A stretch of 38,055 nucleotides of DNA from PVC group bacterium (GTDB taxonomy: Bacteria; Verrucomicrobiota; Kiritimatiellia; UBA8416; PXDI01): the NCBI GenBank assembly GCA_003565095.1, contig PXDI01000044.1, forward strand, positions 1-38,055. The letters are read 5' to 3'. The translations under genes were made by a program, and so were the position numbers. The notes beneath the pieces were generated by a model that worked only from the letters and a program-made list of their open reading frames with translations, was not told the origin of the DNA and did no database searches. The stretch's first letter is position 1. The number at the start of each line of letters is the position of its first letter. Below, in pieces: positions 8,795-18,822 of this stretch.

Positions 8795-9910
8795 TCAGTA
8801 AGCATGTTGTCTAATATCGCGAAATTTATATGCCGCCGCACATGATCCTTCGGCACTGACCATACATGGCCCGACCGGATCATCCGGTGTGCATACCTTT
8901 GCAAACAGCGGACAGGCGGCAGGATTCAGTTTGCCTTTAATGACATCGCCGCAACAGCAGGCGGCATGTTCAACACCGGGGCCGATTGTGACTCCAAACC
9001 GTACCGCCGCATCGCGAGAGCTGTAAGCCTTTTTCAAACGCAACCCGCTGGCAGGAATAACCCCCAGACCGCGCCAAAGCGCATCTTCCGGTTCAAGCAG
9101 CCGTTGAAACAGCACCTGAGCGCGGCGGTTGCCTCCGGCTGTAACCACGCGCGAATACTGGTTTTCCACTTCTGCGCGTCCCTCGATTATCTGCCGCAGC
9201 AGCCCTTCGATGCCCAGCAATATATCCAGCGGTTCAAAACCGGCCACCACGCACGGTATTCCGTGCTGCCGCGCATACGGCAGATAGGCATCCGCACCGA
9301 TAATCGCGCTGACATGCGCGGGACACATAAAACCGTCGATGCGCAGTTCCGGGTCGGCAATCAGCGCATCCATTGCGGGCGGAATGGTCTTGAATGAAGT
9401 CAACAAGGAAAGATTCCCGATTTTTCGCTCATCCGCCAGCGGCACCAGGCCGGCGACCGGAGCGGTCGTGGTTTCAAAGCCGATGGCAAGAAACACGCAT
9501 TCGCGTTGCGGTTCAGCAGCGGCAATTTGTAAGGCATCCAGAGCGGAGTAGACCACCCGGATATCACCGCCGGCTGCGCGGGCGCGGGCCAGTGAAGACC
9601 GGGACCCCGGCACATGGAGCATGTCACCAAAGGAAATCATTATAACGCCCTGCCGGGCCAGCTCGATCGCTGCATCCAGATAGCCGGCCGGGGTCACGCA
9701 GACCGGACAGCCCGGACCGCTCACCAGCGCTACACCCTCGGGCAAAGCCTCACGGATGGCATAGCGCGCAATCGCCATGGTGTGGGAACCACACACCTCC
9801 ATAAACGTAACCCCGTTACCGTCTTTCAATGAAGACTGCCCCAGCAGACGCAGTTTTTCCACAAGCGCGCGGGCGGCACGCGGTTCCCTGAATCCTTCGA
9901 TATATTTCAT
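8795..9910 (-). CDS. hypD: Hydrogenase maturation protein HypD
   Basis: MKYIEGFR...EVCGSHT..., GPGCPVCVTP, FETT and C-terminal cysteines. Its start is abutted by the hypC stop (ATGA overlap at 9907-9910). Confidence 0.9.
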   Translation of the reverse strand: MKYIEGFREPRAARALVEKLRLLGQSSLKDGNGVTFMEVCGSHTMAIARYAIREALPEGVALVSGPGCPVCVTPAGYLDAAIELARQGVIMISFGDMLHVPGSRSSLARARAAGGDIRVVYSALDALQIAAAEPQRECVFLAIGFETTTAPVAGLVPLADERKIGNLSLLTSFKTIPPAMDALIADPELRIDGFMCPAHVSAIIGADAYLPYARQHGIPCVVAGFEPLDILLGIEGLLRQIIEGRAEVENQYSRVVTAGGNRRAQVLFQRLLEPEDALWRGLGVIPASGLRLKKAYSSRDAAVRFGVTIGPGVEHAACCCGDVIKGKLNPAACPLFAKVCTPDDPVGPCMVSAEGSCAAAYKFRDIRQHAY

Positions 9911-10140
9911 GTACGCACCGCTCCGGCCGCCGCCAGATCGGAAAAAAGCTCCAGCCGTGCATTGGCCTCTTCCACGTCCAGCCGTTCAATCGCAAATCCG
10001 GCATGAACAATAACAAAATCCCCCGGGCGGGGATTCTCGATCAGGCTTACATCAACCTCAAGCCGGCTGCCACCCAACTCAACCGTGGCAGTGGAGACTG
10101 TTTTCACTTCTATAATCTGCATCGGTACAGCTAAGCACAT
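9907..10140 (-). CDS. hypC: Hydrogenase maturation chaperone HypC
   Basis: MCLAVPMQIIEV N-terminus (essential Cys2). Start is trimmed to ATG 10140. It overlaps the hypF stop by 10 nt. Confidence 0.85.
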   Translation of the reverse strand: MCLAVPMQIIEVKTVSTATVELGGSRLEVDVSLIENPRPGDFVIVHAGFAIERLDVEEANARLELFSDLAAAGAVRT

Positions 10141-12452
10141 ATTCTCCCCGCAATTACCGCCTGGCCGAATGCAATGCACCCATCCCCGGGCGGTATCCGG
10201 TGATGGACAAGTACCTTAGCCGGCATGGCCGTCAGGCGCACCTGCAACAGCCGCGTTAATATTTCATTCATAAATACACCGCCCGAAAGCGCCACGGTGC
10301 GTTCCTTGCAAAAATCAAACGCATATTCTACCATAGAAATCACTGCCGACGCAACCGCCAGGTGCAATGCCATGGCCTGCCGCGGTATATATTCAGGATT
10401 ATCCCGCTCGACCGCTCTGCGGAAGGCTTCGGCCCAGTCTATTTGCAGCATCCCGTCTTGAACAGCGGCGGCGAAAGGCAGCTCGGGCAGGCTGACCGTG
10501 GCGGGACAAAGACGGGCGGCGGATTCCAGACGGATCGCAGGCTGCCCGTCATAGGTAGCCACCGCCCCGGCGGCACCAATCCCGACAGCAAAAGCGTCAA
10601 ACAAGCGACCCGCCGCGTGGGTCAGCGGTGCATTGATTCCGGCCTCCGCCTGACCGCCCCAGGTGTCAAAGGCCGCCTCATCCATATTCAGGCGCTGCCG
10701 CCAGGCCGGATTGTAGCGGATACCGTATGCACGGCAGCGGGCGGCAAACTGCCGGACAGGAAACCGCACCGCATTATCACCGCCGGGTAGCGCCACCGGT
10801 TTAAAGGTCGCAAGCCGGCGGAATCCGTCCGGGGTAACGTGTAACAGCTCAGCACCCCAGATATTACCATCCGCACCATAGCCGCTTCCGTCAAATGTTA
10901 CAGCCAGTCCGCTTGTACAGCCGTGTTCGGCCAGACAAGCGGCCGCATGGGCATGATGATGCTGCACATGCTGCAAAGCACAACCGTATTGGCGTGCCAG
11001 TGTTACGCCCAGGCGTGTGGAGTGCATATCAGGATGCAGATCAACAGCAATGCAGCCGGGGTTGAACGCCAGAAACTCAGGCAGTTCCCCGGCCACCCGC
11101 CGCAAACCGGCCAGCGCCTCGGGTGTATCCAGATCGCCGACATGCGGTGAAAGCACCACCCGGTCGTCATGACCGGCCGCAATCGCATTTTTCATTTCAG
11201 CGCCCAGCGCCAGCACCGGCCGCGACAGCCGACACGAAAGCAACAGCGGTGTTGGCGCATAACCACGCGCACGCCGCCAGACTTGCGGCTGGTCGCCGCG
11301 CAGCACACACACCGAATCGTCATTACGCAGGTTAATCTCACGGTTATGCATCAGGAAACAATCCACCAGACCGCTCAATCGCTCAACCGCCTCTTCATTG
11401 GTAATGCAAAGCGGTTCACCGCGGCGGTTACCGCTGGTCATCACAAGCCAGCGCAACGGCGGCACAGGATCGTCAGGCAGAGGCTGAAAAAGCAGCAGAT
11501 GCAACGGTGAAGTCGGCAGCATAACTCCCAACGAAGCACTGTCCGGAGATATCACGTCAACCGGCAGACCGCTCTCGGTAATATCGCCGCGTAACGGCAG
11601 GATCACTATCGGCCCGGCCGGCGAAGCCAGTAGTGTTTCCGCCGCCGGACCGGTCTCGCATACGGAACCGACCGTCTCGATTGATGCGGCCATCAAAGCA
11701 AACGGCTTATGCGGACGCTGCTTACGCTGCCGCAGACGGCAGATTGTTTCGCGATTGGCGGCATCTGCCGCCAGCAGGTAGCCGCCAATACCGCGTACCG
11801 CAACAATACCGCCGGCGTCCAGTACCGACCGGGCATACGCTAAAGGCTGCGCAACGCTCAAACGCCGCCCGGCGGCATCCGCAACATGCAAAGCCGGCCC
11901 GCAGGCCGGACAGGCAATACTTTCCGCATGAAAACGGCGGTCGGCGGGGTCAGTGTATTCGCGCCGGCAATCCGAACATAATGGAAACGCTTTCAGCGTG
12001 GTGCGCTCCCGGTCATAAGGCATCTTTTCCACCACGGTGTAACGCGGACCGCAAACGGTACAGGTGGTGAACGGATAACCGAACCGCCGGTCACCGGGAT
12101 CAAGCACTTCACGCCGGCAGTCATCACACATACGCAAATCCGGCGGAATCACAACAGCCAGTCCGGCACCGGTCCGGCTGGAAACAATCTGGAATTCACC
12201 TGAAGGGACATCGATTGACTCACAGGCGGTTTCGCTTAGCGCTGCCAATACCCCCGGCGGCGGAAACTGTGACTGTAATGCGGCAATAAAACCCTCAACA
12301 GCATTAGCGGGACCTTCAAGCACCAGCCGTACCGAACCGGAACGGTTCTGCGCTGAACCGCCGAGCTTCCATTCACCGGCCAGCCGGTGCAGCACGGGAC
12401 GTAAACCAATCCCCTGAACAATGCCGGTCAGTTCATAGGTTTTACGAATCAC
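10131..12452 (-). CDS. hypF: Carbamoyltransferase HypF
   Basis: Acylphosphatase-like N-terminus (GIVQGIGLRP), paired zinc-finger motifs (CDDCRREVLDPGDRRFGYPFTTCTVCGPRY; CSDCRREYTDPADRRFHAESIACPACGP), and YrdC-like and Kae1-like regions. 773 aa. Confidence 0.9.
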   Translation of the reverse strand: MIRKTYELTGIVQGIGLRPVLHRLAGEWKLGGSAQNRSGSVRLVLEGPANAVEGFIAALQSQFPPPGVLAALSETACESIDVPSGEFQIVSSRTGAGLAVVIPPDLRMCDDCRREVLDPGDRRFGYPFTTCTVCGPRYTVVEKMPYDRERTTLKAFPLCSDCRREYTDPADRRFHAESIACPACGPALHVADAAGRRLSVAQPLAYARSVLDAGGIVAVRGIGGYLLAADAANRETICRLRQRKQRPHKPFALMAASIETVGSVCETGPAAETLLASPAGPIVILPLRGDITESGLPVDVISPDSASLGVMLPTSPLHLLLFQPLPDDPVPPLRWLVMTSGNRRGEPLCITNEEAVERLSGLVDCFLMHNREINLRNDDSVCVLRGDQPQVWRRARGYAPTPLLLSCRLSRPVLALGAEMKNAIAAGHDDRVVLSPHVGDLDTPEALAGLRRVAGELPEFLAFNPGCIAVDLHPDMHSTRLGVTLARQYGCALQHVQHHHAHAAACLAEHGCTSGLAVTFDGSGYGADGNIWGAELLHVTPDGFRRLATFKPVALPGGDNAVRFPVRQFAARCRAYGIRYNPAWRQRLNMDEAAFDTWGGQAEAGINAPLTHAAGRLFDAFAVGIGAAGAVATYDGQPAIRLESAARLCPATVSLPELPFAAAVQDGMLQIDWAEAFRRAVERDNPEYIPRQAMALHLAVASAVISMVEYAFDFCKERTVALSGGVFMNEILTRLLQVRLTAMPAKVLVHHRIPPGDGCIAFGQAVIAGRICA

Positions 12453-12919
12453 GGCTTATCCATTTCCGCCACGGCGGCGGCAACATAATCATCCATCCGT
12501 GCGGCAAGAGCCGCCGAAAGACCGCCATCCATTTGCATGGAGAGCGGCTGGACCGCAAGAATGCGGATTTGCGGAACCGGCAGCCCCAGAGTCCGGCCCA
12601 TTTCAATCAACCGCAAGACGTCGCCTTCGTGTGTTGAGATACCGCCGGCATATTTACGGGTTTCCACGTCCTCCGGCGCAAAGAAAATAAACTCACCCGG
12701 CGCCCCCCCGAAATCAACGGCATCCACAATCAGGAGTTTATCGGTTTCGGCGCTAAAATAAGTGAGCACCAGCATGCCGTCATTGCCGGCCTCTACCACA
12801 GTGAAACGCCGGTCCAGACCGCGGTCGGCAATCTGCTCGACAATCTGCAGCCCGATGCCGTCATCCCCCATCGCATAATTGCCGAGCCCCAGTATGTACC
12901 GCCGGGATTGACTTGTCAC
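12449..12919 (-). CDS. [NiFe]-hydrogenase maturation endopeptidase (HyaD/HoxW/FrhD family)
   Basis: ILGLGNYAMGDDGIGLQIVE...LLIVDAV...HEGDV in a protein of about 156 aa. It has 4-nt overlaps with both neighbours. The large subunit carries the matching DPCxxCxxH plus C-terminal tail substrate. Confidence 0.8.
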   Translation of the reverse strand: MTSQSRRYILGLGNYAMGDDGIGLQIVEQIADRGLDRRFTVVEAGNDGMLVLTYFSAETDKLLIVDAVDFGGAPGEFIFFAPEDVETRKYAGGISTHEGDVLRLIEMGRTLGLPVPQIRILAVQPLSMQMDGGLSAALAARMDDYVAAAVAEMDKP

Positions 12920-14256
12920 TTTCTGAATGTCACATCCAGATAGTGCGTTGAACAGGAAATGCAGGGATCATAGCCTCTGACCAGCATCTCCAGCCGCAGC
13001 TCCATCTGCTTTTCGGTTAAATCCTGCGCCAGCATTTCCTGCACCATTTTATCAAAATCGCACTGGATATTAGCATGATTCTGGTTAGTCGGAATAATGC
13101 AGTTGCCCATTTCACACATGCCGTCGCTGTCGTACGCATATTCATGAAAGAGAATACCGCGCGGCACATCAGCCGCACCGGCACCGCGTCCGTAGCTTGA
13201 CGGGGCAACCGGTTTTTCATCCTTCAGCCCGACAGTCAATAGTTCATCAATATATTCAACCGCCATATAAACGCAGTGAACCGCCTCAATAAACTGCGCA
13301 ACGCTGTTCATGTACGGGTTACAGCAGATCGGCTTGAAGCCGAGTCCGTCAGCCAGTTTGCGGGCCTCGGGATGCAGCCGGGCATGATTGATATTCAACC
13401 GGGCCAGTGCGCCGACCATATAACTGTCCAGCTTGTGCTTCGCGAACTTGGCGGTAGACTGATCCGTCACATACTCATTGGTAACGGTGCGGTAGTCCTG
13501 CACATCCACCATTTCAAGCGAACCGTCCGGCAGCAGACAACCGATCGCTCCGTCATATAAACCGTACTCCAATTCATCCACCAGTCCGACAAATTCGGTG
13601 GGACGTTCAAATGCGGGGATATTGCCGGCCAACTCGCACAGCAGCTTATAGGTTTCAACCGCATCAGGAACAACCGCCAGCAGTTTATCTTTCAGCTCGC
13701 GCAGATGCGCCTCCGCTTCACGGACGGTGCGTGCCCCACCGGGCAGACTGGCAAACCCGCCGACAACCGGCCGCGTCGGATGGGTGGTACGTCCACCGAG
13801 GCACGCCCCCCATTCATGACCGAGGCGTTTCATGCGTAAAGCGCGCTTGACCACATCGCCATGCGTCGGCACCAGCGGGAATACGGAAGGCGCCCCCAGC
13901 AGATCAGGCGCAATCAGAAAATAAACATGCAGCACATGCGAGTCATAGTTTTCGGCATGTTTAAGAATACGTCGTAAACGATCGGTCTGATGCGAGACTT
14001 TAATTCCCAGCGCTTTTTCCGATGCCTTCAGCGAGGCCAGTGTATGGCCGACAGAACAGATGCCGCAAATGCGACTGGTAATGCGTGCCACTTCGCTGTA
14101 ATGGCGGCCGCGCACCATCGCCTCGAAAAACCGCGGTGCCTCCGGCACCTGCCATTCGCATTTTTCGACGGTACCGTCGGTAACATTTACAACAATGTTG
14201 CCGTGGCCCTCGACACGTGTGAGATGGTGTACGTTGATATTGACGTTTTTACTCAT
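12916..14256 (-). CDS. hydA: [NiFe]-hydrogenase large (alpha) subunit, group 3b / sulfhydrogenase-like
   Basis: RVEGHG, RICGICSVGH (L1) and DPCISCSTH (L2), followed by an 8-aa cleavable tail. The gene order beta-gamma-delta-alpha matches Pyrococcus-type hydBGDA. Confidence 0.9.
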   Translation of the reverse strand: MSKNVNINVHHLTRVEGHGNIVVNVTDGTVEKCEWQVPEAPRFFEAMVRGRHYSEVARITSRICGICSVGHTLASLKASEKALGIKVSHQTDRLRRILKHAENYDSHVLHVYFLIAPDLLGAPSVFPLVPTHGDVVKRALRMKRLGHEWGACLGGRTTHPTRPVVGGFASLPGGARTVREAEAHLRELKDKLLAVVPDAVETYKLLCELAGNIPAFERPTEFVGLVDELEYGLYDGAIGCLLPDGSLEMVDVQDYRTVTNEYVTDQSTAKFAKHKLDSYMVGALARLNINHARLHPEARKLADGLGFKPICCNPYMNSVAQFIEAVHCVYMAVEYIDELLTVGLKDEKPVAPSSYGRGAGAADVPRGILFHEYAYDSDGMCEMGNCIIPTNQNHANIQCDFDKMVQEMLAQDLTEKQMELRLEMLVRGYDPCISCSTHYLDVTFRK

Positions 14257-15005
14257 TATGCATCACCCCTGAAGTTGGCCGTGAACATGCGGGAAAGGTT
14301 TTCCGCGCGCTGTTGCGGTAGTTTTCCATTATCGACAAGAACTTTAACCATGGCTTCCTGATTGGGCTGTTCGGCGAGACCGCGGCAGGCTTCGCACGGA
14401 ATCCCGTCGGCCGGACACGGAGCCCCGCATCCTGCCCGCGCAATCGGCCCCAGACAGTATTCCCCGTCGTCATAGCGGCAGACTGTCTCGCGGCGTTTGC
14501 ACTCAACACAAACCGGATAGCTGGGCACATACACCTTCGCCGTGCCATGCACCACCTGCTGAACTATGCGCAGCAACTCATCCCGGTCCATCGGACAGCC
14601 GCGCACCTCATAGTCCACCTTGATTGCCGCCGAAACCGGCAGTGCTTTCGCCGAATTCAGATGCGGACGGTCCTTGTCGGCTCCGTAAACCTCCCCGGCA
14701 TAATCATCCATATGGTTTTTCAAGGCGTTGATTCCGCCGCTGGTGGCGCAGGATCCGTAAGCCACAACCACTTTGGCCCGCGCACGGATTTCCTCGAGGC
14801 GCCGCCGGTCAGCCTCACGGGTAAAAGAACCTTCAATAAAAGCCACATCAATCGGTCCGGTTGTTTTTTCCGACATGACCTCGCGGAACTCAACCGGTTC
14901 AAGATGCTCCAACAGTTGAACAAAAGGCTCACCGTAGTTGGTCAACTCGACCTGACAGCCCTCACAACAGGCAAAATCAAACCATGCACATTTCAGTTTA
15001 GCCAT
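14256..15005 (-). CDS. hydD: [NiFe]-hydrogenase small (delta) subunit, group 3b-like
   Basis: N-terminal FACCEGCQ proximal-cluster motif, GSCATSGG, and further Cys clusters. TAATG overlaps occur at both ends. Confidence 0.85.
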   Translation of the reverse strand: MAKLKCAWFDFACCEGCQVELTNYGEPFVQLLEHLEPVEFREVMSEKTTGPIDVAFIEGSFTREADRRRLEEIRARAKVVVAYGSCATSGGINALKNHMDDYAGEVYGADKDRPHLNSAKALPVSAAIKVDYEVRGCPMDRDELLRIVQQVVHGTAKVYVPSYPVCVECKRRETVCRYDDGEYCLGPIARAGCGAPCPADGIPCEACRGLAEQPNQEAMVKVLVDNGKLPQQRAENLSRMFTANFRGDA

Positions 15006-15853
15006 TAGATTGCCTCCTCAAGATTCTCAATGTCAGAAAAACGAAACACCGGGCCGTCTAGGCAGACATATTTGTCATTGATCTGGCAATGTCCGCACTT
15101 GCCGACCCCGCATTTCATGCGGCGCTCAAGATCAACAAAAACATGACCGCGCGGAACTTTCAACTTATCGAGTTCGGCAATCACAAACTTATACATAACC
15201 GGCGGCCCGCAGATGATAACATGGGTATCCGGGCCGATGCCTGCTGCCTGCGGGAACAGCGTAGTGATGACCCCCACGTTCCCCTGCCAGGCTTTATCAG
15301 GCCGGTCAACTGTCTCAAAATAGTGCACATCAGTGCTGGCGCGCCACTGCTCAAGATCCTCTTCAAACAACAGATCCTGCGGTGTGCGCGCACCGAAGAA
15401 CAGGGTAAACCGCCCGAACTCGCCGCGATGCTGAAGAATGTACTGAATCATGCTGCGCACCGGACATAAGCCGATGCCGCCGGCAATAATCAGAATATCT
15501 TTGCCTTTCAGTTCATCGACCGGAAAACCGTTGCCGAAAGGACCGCGCACCGTCATCGTGTCACCGGTATTCAATTCACATAAGGCCTGAGAGACCTTGC
15601 CGATATTACGCACTACAATATCAAACGTCTTTGCGTTCACCGGGGAACTTGACAGCCCCAGCGGAATTTCACCGAAACCGAATCGCCCGGCTTCAATAAT
15701 CTGTCCGGGCTGATAATCAAACATGTCACCATTATTCAATCGCAGGGTAAAATGTTTCTCCGTGGGGGTCACCATTTGTGCATTGACAACTTCCGCCGCC
15801 TTCGGCATGAAGATACCCGGATCCGTCTTTTCTTTGCTGTTTTTGCAACTCAT
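15005..15853 (-). CDS. hydG: Hydrogenase gamma subunit, FAD/NAD(P)-binding ferredoxin-reductase-like with a C-terminal 2Fe-2S motif
   Basis: Flavin-reductase-like pattern (GPFG, IAGGIGLCP) and C-terminal CGVGKCGHCQ...C. Confidence 0.85.
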   Translation of the reverse strand: MSCKNSKEKTDPGIFMPKAAEVVNAQMVTPTEKHFTLRLNNGDMFDYQPGQIIEAGRFGFGEIPLGLSSSPVNAKTFDIVVRNIGKVSQALCELNTGDTMTVRGPFGNGFPVDELKGKDILIIAGGIGLCPVRSMIQYILQHRGEFGRFTLFFGARTPQDLLFEEDLEQWRASTDVHYFETVDRPDKAWQGNVGVITTLFPQAAGIGPDTHVIICGPPVMYKFVIAELDKLKVPRGHVFVDLERRMKCGVGKCGHCQINDKYVCLDGPVFRFSDIENLEEAI

Positions 15854-15854
15854 A

Positions 15855-16877
15855 TTACTGCTCCAATACCTTGTTGATTACATTAACCGGATTGGCAATA
15901 TCAGCGGTGCAGGCCCCGGAACAGCGCCCGCAGCCCGTGCAGGCCGGGCCGCCCAGTTGATCATTCAAGTAAGCCGCCTTGCGCATGTAGCGGTGCCGGT
16001 AGCGTTCGGCTCGTTTATCACGGAAATTCTCGGTTCCCCCCGGACCGGTCACCTCCGAAAACTCACTCGTCAGGCAGGCATCCCACAGCCGGAAGCGGCA
16101 GCCGGAAGCACCGTCAACGTTCCACTCATCCTGCACATCAAAACAATAACAGGTGGGACAGACAATATTGCAGCTTCCGCAGGAAAAACAGTCTTCCGAC
16201 ATTTCATCCCAGAGCGGCGACTCGTAAGCCGCGCGAACCTTCTCCCTGATCTCTGCGGAACCTCCGTTCAGTTTCTGTGGACAGTTTTCCATGGCAGCGG
16301 CATTCACCGCTTCGGCTTCAGCAATCTGCGCGGGAGATGCCTCACTGAAACTACCGCATGCCAGCAACTCCGCACCTTTATCGCTGACAACCTCAATAAC
16401 GTAACCGCCATCGATTTTTGTCATAAACAGATCGTGGCCGGATAACGGCTTGTCGGCATTAATTGAACCGAAGAATGCATACTTATAGTGCTGCTGGACG
16501 CTAGAACCTATAATATAGGTTACCTGACGGTAAGCCATGTAGTTGTTGTCAAAATGCCGGTCAGAATAAAACCTGTCCGACATCGCAATACCTTTAATGT
16601 CGTGCGGATGCACTCCCATCAACACCTGCGCTTGAGGCTCAATGCAGGCACTGAATCCCTGCTGATCAAAATGAATCAAATCCTGTCGCGATGGGAAAAA
16701 AACCTTTTTCGGTGGCAGTACCGTCGTGTCATAATCCAGCCGCAAATCATCAGCGGCTATCAACTTCTCAAAAACAAACCGGGTACGTTTTGCCACCGGA
16801 GCAATCACCGGATACCGGTTCATCAAGCCTTCAACAAACGGCATCAAATCGTCGTCGCGTAAAAACTGCTGCGTCAT
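15855..16877 (-). CDS. hydB: Hydrogenase beta subunit, 4Fe-4S protein (sulfhydrogenase/sulfite-reductase beta-like)
   Basis: CFSCGSCNIVCPTCYC and CTGCGRCSGACTADI motifs. It is the first gene of the operon, 1 nt upstream of gamma. Confidence 0.8.
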   Translation of the reverse strand: MTQQFLRDDDLMPFVEGLMNRYPVIAPVAKRTRFVFEKLIAADDLRLDYDTTVLPPKKVFFPSRQDLIHFDQQGFSACIEPQAQVLMGVHPHDIKGIAMSDRFYSDRHFDNNYMAYRQVTYIIGSSVQQHYKYAFFGSINADKPLSGHDLFMTKIDGGYVIEVVSDKGAELLACGSFSEASPAQIAEAEAVNAAAMENCPQKLNGGSAEIREKVRAAYESPLWDEMSEDCFSCGSCNIVCPTCYCFDVQDEWNVDGASGCRFRLWDACLTSEFSEVTGPGGTENFRDKRAERYRHRYMRKAAYLNDQLGGPACTGCGRCSGACTADIANPVNVINKVLEQ

Positions 16878-16941
16878 ACCGGCATCCTTTCCCCTGCTGA
16901 TCGTTAATTATTTGACAATAAGTCATTAAGGATAGGCCAAC

Positions 16942-16970
16942 ACTATATCTTAAACAAGCACTTTTTTCAA
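16942..16970 (-). promoter_or_regulatory. Candidate sigma70-like promoter of the hydBGDA-hyp operon
   Basis: On the - strand: TTGAAA (16970-16965), a 17-nt spacer, then TATAGT (16947-16942), about 65 nt upstream of ATG 16877. TTTGAAAA occurs twice nearby on the - strand. Confidence 0.4.
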
Positions 16971-17050
16971 AGCATGCGCAACTCAGAACTTTTCAAACTT
17001 CAGGGTATGAACAAACCCCATATTTAAGAGCCCCTGCATTGTTAGCACGG

Positions 17051-18778
17051 TTACTGGCTGGCGCAAACTGCTTCAACCGCATCAACCAGAGTCTGGTAAT
17101 ACATTTGCGGGGTGGCGGCATTCATCAGGGTATCCCTGATTTCATCATTGCTCAAGGCTTTGGCAATCGCGCCCAGAATACGGATCTGCTGTTCAGCGTC
17201 ATCCGCAGGGGTCAGTAGCAGGAAGAACAGCCGTGCGGGGACGGCATCCGGCGCATTCCAGTCAATGCCATGCACCGACCGCCCCATAACCACCAGCGGC
17301 TTTGTTATATCCGGCAGCCGGGCATGCGGCACCGCCACCCCGCCGCCCAGTGATGTACCCATGGCATCTTCACGCTGCGCTACCGCCATGTGCACTGCGT
17401 CAGGATCCAGATCACGGTTCAGTCCGGCGGCCACCCGGCAAAGCTCACGCAATGCCGCTGCGCGGTCACGGGCATTCATATGCAAATACACCGCTGCCGG
17501 CTGCAGAAACTCCAGCACCGGCACGCGCAGCGCTGGACGCATCGCACGCCGCATCCACGGACCCAGAATTACCGAACTGAACACCGCGCCGAAAATTACC
17601 GCAACATATACCGGTTCGGAAATCACGCCATACTCCAGCGCCAGCATGCCTATCACAATTTGCATTTCACCGCCGGGTGTATGCGCGGCGGAGATAATTG
17701 TCCAGTTGCCGCGCGGCTGCCGGCTGAGCCATGACCCGACCCATGCGCCGGCAAACCGTCCACCGATACCCACCACCAGCAGCAATACTACAAGCCCTAG
17801 ATGAAATCCGGCCGCAAAGTCGATTTTCAAACCGATTGTAGCAAAGAAGACCGGCACCAGCACCGCCCGCACCATCTGGCTCATAACCTGGCGGGTGTTT
17901 TCCTTCAGTGCGCGCGATTCTCCGGCCATGATCCCGGCAATAAAGAAGCCGAACAGGGCATGAATACCGATCCAAGCGGTAAAGACTCCGCCGAGCAGTC
18001 CCAGCAGACAGATAAAAGTCAGTGAAGTACCGGGTTCCGGCAGTTTCCACAGACTGAACTGTTCCAGCGCGCGATTGGTCAAACGCCGGCCGACAGACAG
18101 ACATGCCACGGTAAAAGCCACAGTTGCCAGCAGAATCAGCGGAATTTGCGCCATGCTGACGATGGCCTCACCGGCGATGCCCAGAATAACGGCAAACACC
18201 AGCCAGCCGGCCACATCGTTAATTGTCAGCGCGCCCATAATCAACAGGCCGGTATCCGTGCGGTAGAGCTTTAGTTCCTGCAGTACGCGGGCGGTAACCG
18301 GCAGCGCACTGATCGTCATGATTGTGGCGACAAAGAACGCAAACATCAGCCGTCCTTCCGGATCAACCAGAAAATGGTCAGGCAATAGCAGGCAGGGAAT
18401 AAAGGCGATGATCATGGGCAGAATCAGGTCGGAGAATGAGATGATTAATGCGCTGTGCCGTTGCCGCCATGCGGTTGCAAAATCTGTTTCCAGTCCGGTA
18501 TCCAGAAGAAAGAACAGAATACCGATCCAGGCAACGGCTTCCAGCATTCCCTGCTGTACCGCATCCGGAGGAAAAAGAGCCATATGCAGGCCGGGCAGCA
18601 GACGACCGAGAATTGTCGGGCCGAAAACAATACCAACCAGGATCTCCGCGGTAATGGAAGGCTGCCCGTAGCGCGAAAACAGCAAACCGAGCCCACGGGC
18701 ACAACCAAGCAACAGAAAAACCTGTAACAAAAACAGCTTTATTTGATGCTCTTCAATTACATGAACTATTTCCAGCAT
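17051..18778 (-). CDS. CPA2-family cation/proton antiporter fused to a C-terminal PTS EIIA type-2 (PtsN-like) domain
   Basis: About 12 hydrophobic segments typical of Kef/NapA-type exchangers. The C-terminal domain is ...REDAMGTSLGGGVAVPHARL...LFFLLLTPADD. Start is trimmed to ATG 18778; the 19132 extension overlaps hemL and has no membrane or domain signal. Confidence 0.8.
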   Translation of the reverse strand: MLEIVHVIEEHQIKLFLLQVFLLLGCARGLGLLFSRYGQPSITAEILVGIVFGPTILGRLLPGLHMALFPPDAVQQGMLEAVAWIGILFFLLDTGLETDFATAWRQRHSALIISFSDLILPMIIAFIPCLLLPDHFLVDPEGRLMFAFFVATIMTISALPVTARVLQELKLYRTDTGLLIMGALTINDVAGWLVFAVILGIAGEAIVSMAQIPLILLATVAFTVACLSVGRRLTNRALEQFSLWKLPEPGTSLTFICLLGLLGGVFTAWIGIHALFGFFIAGIMAGESRALKENTRQVMSQMVRAVLVPVFFATIGLKIDFAAGFHLGLVVLLLVVGIGGRFAGAWVGSWLSRQPRGNWTIISAAHTPGGEMQIVIGMLALEYGVISEPVYVAVIFGAVFSSVILGPWMRRAMRPALRVPVLEFLQPAAVYLHMNARDRAAALRELCRVAAGLNRDLDPDAVHMAVAQREDAMGTSLGGGVAVPHARLPDITKPLVVMGRSVHGIDWNAPDAVPARLFFLLLTPADDAEQQIRILGAIAKALSNDEIRDTLMNAATPQMYYQTLVDAVEAVCASQ

Positions 18779-18822
18779 GCTCAGCCCTTTCTCCCCTCCA
18801 CACAACCACTGAATAATGTGAC

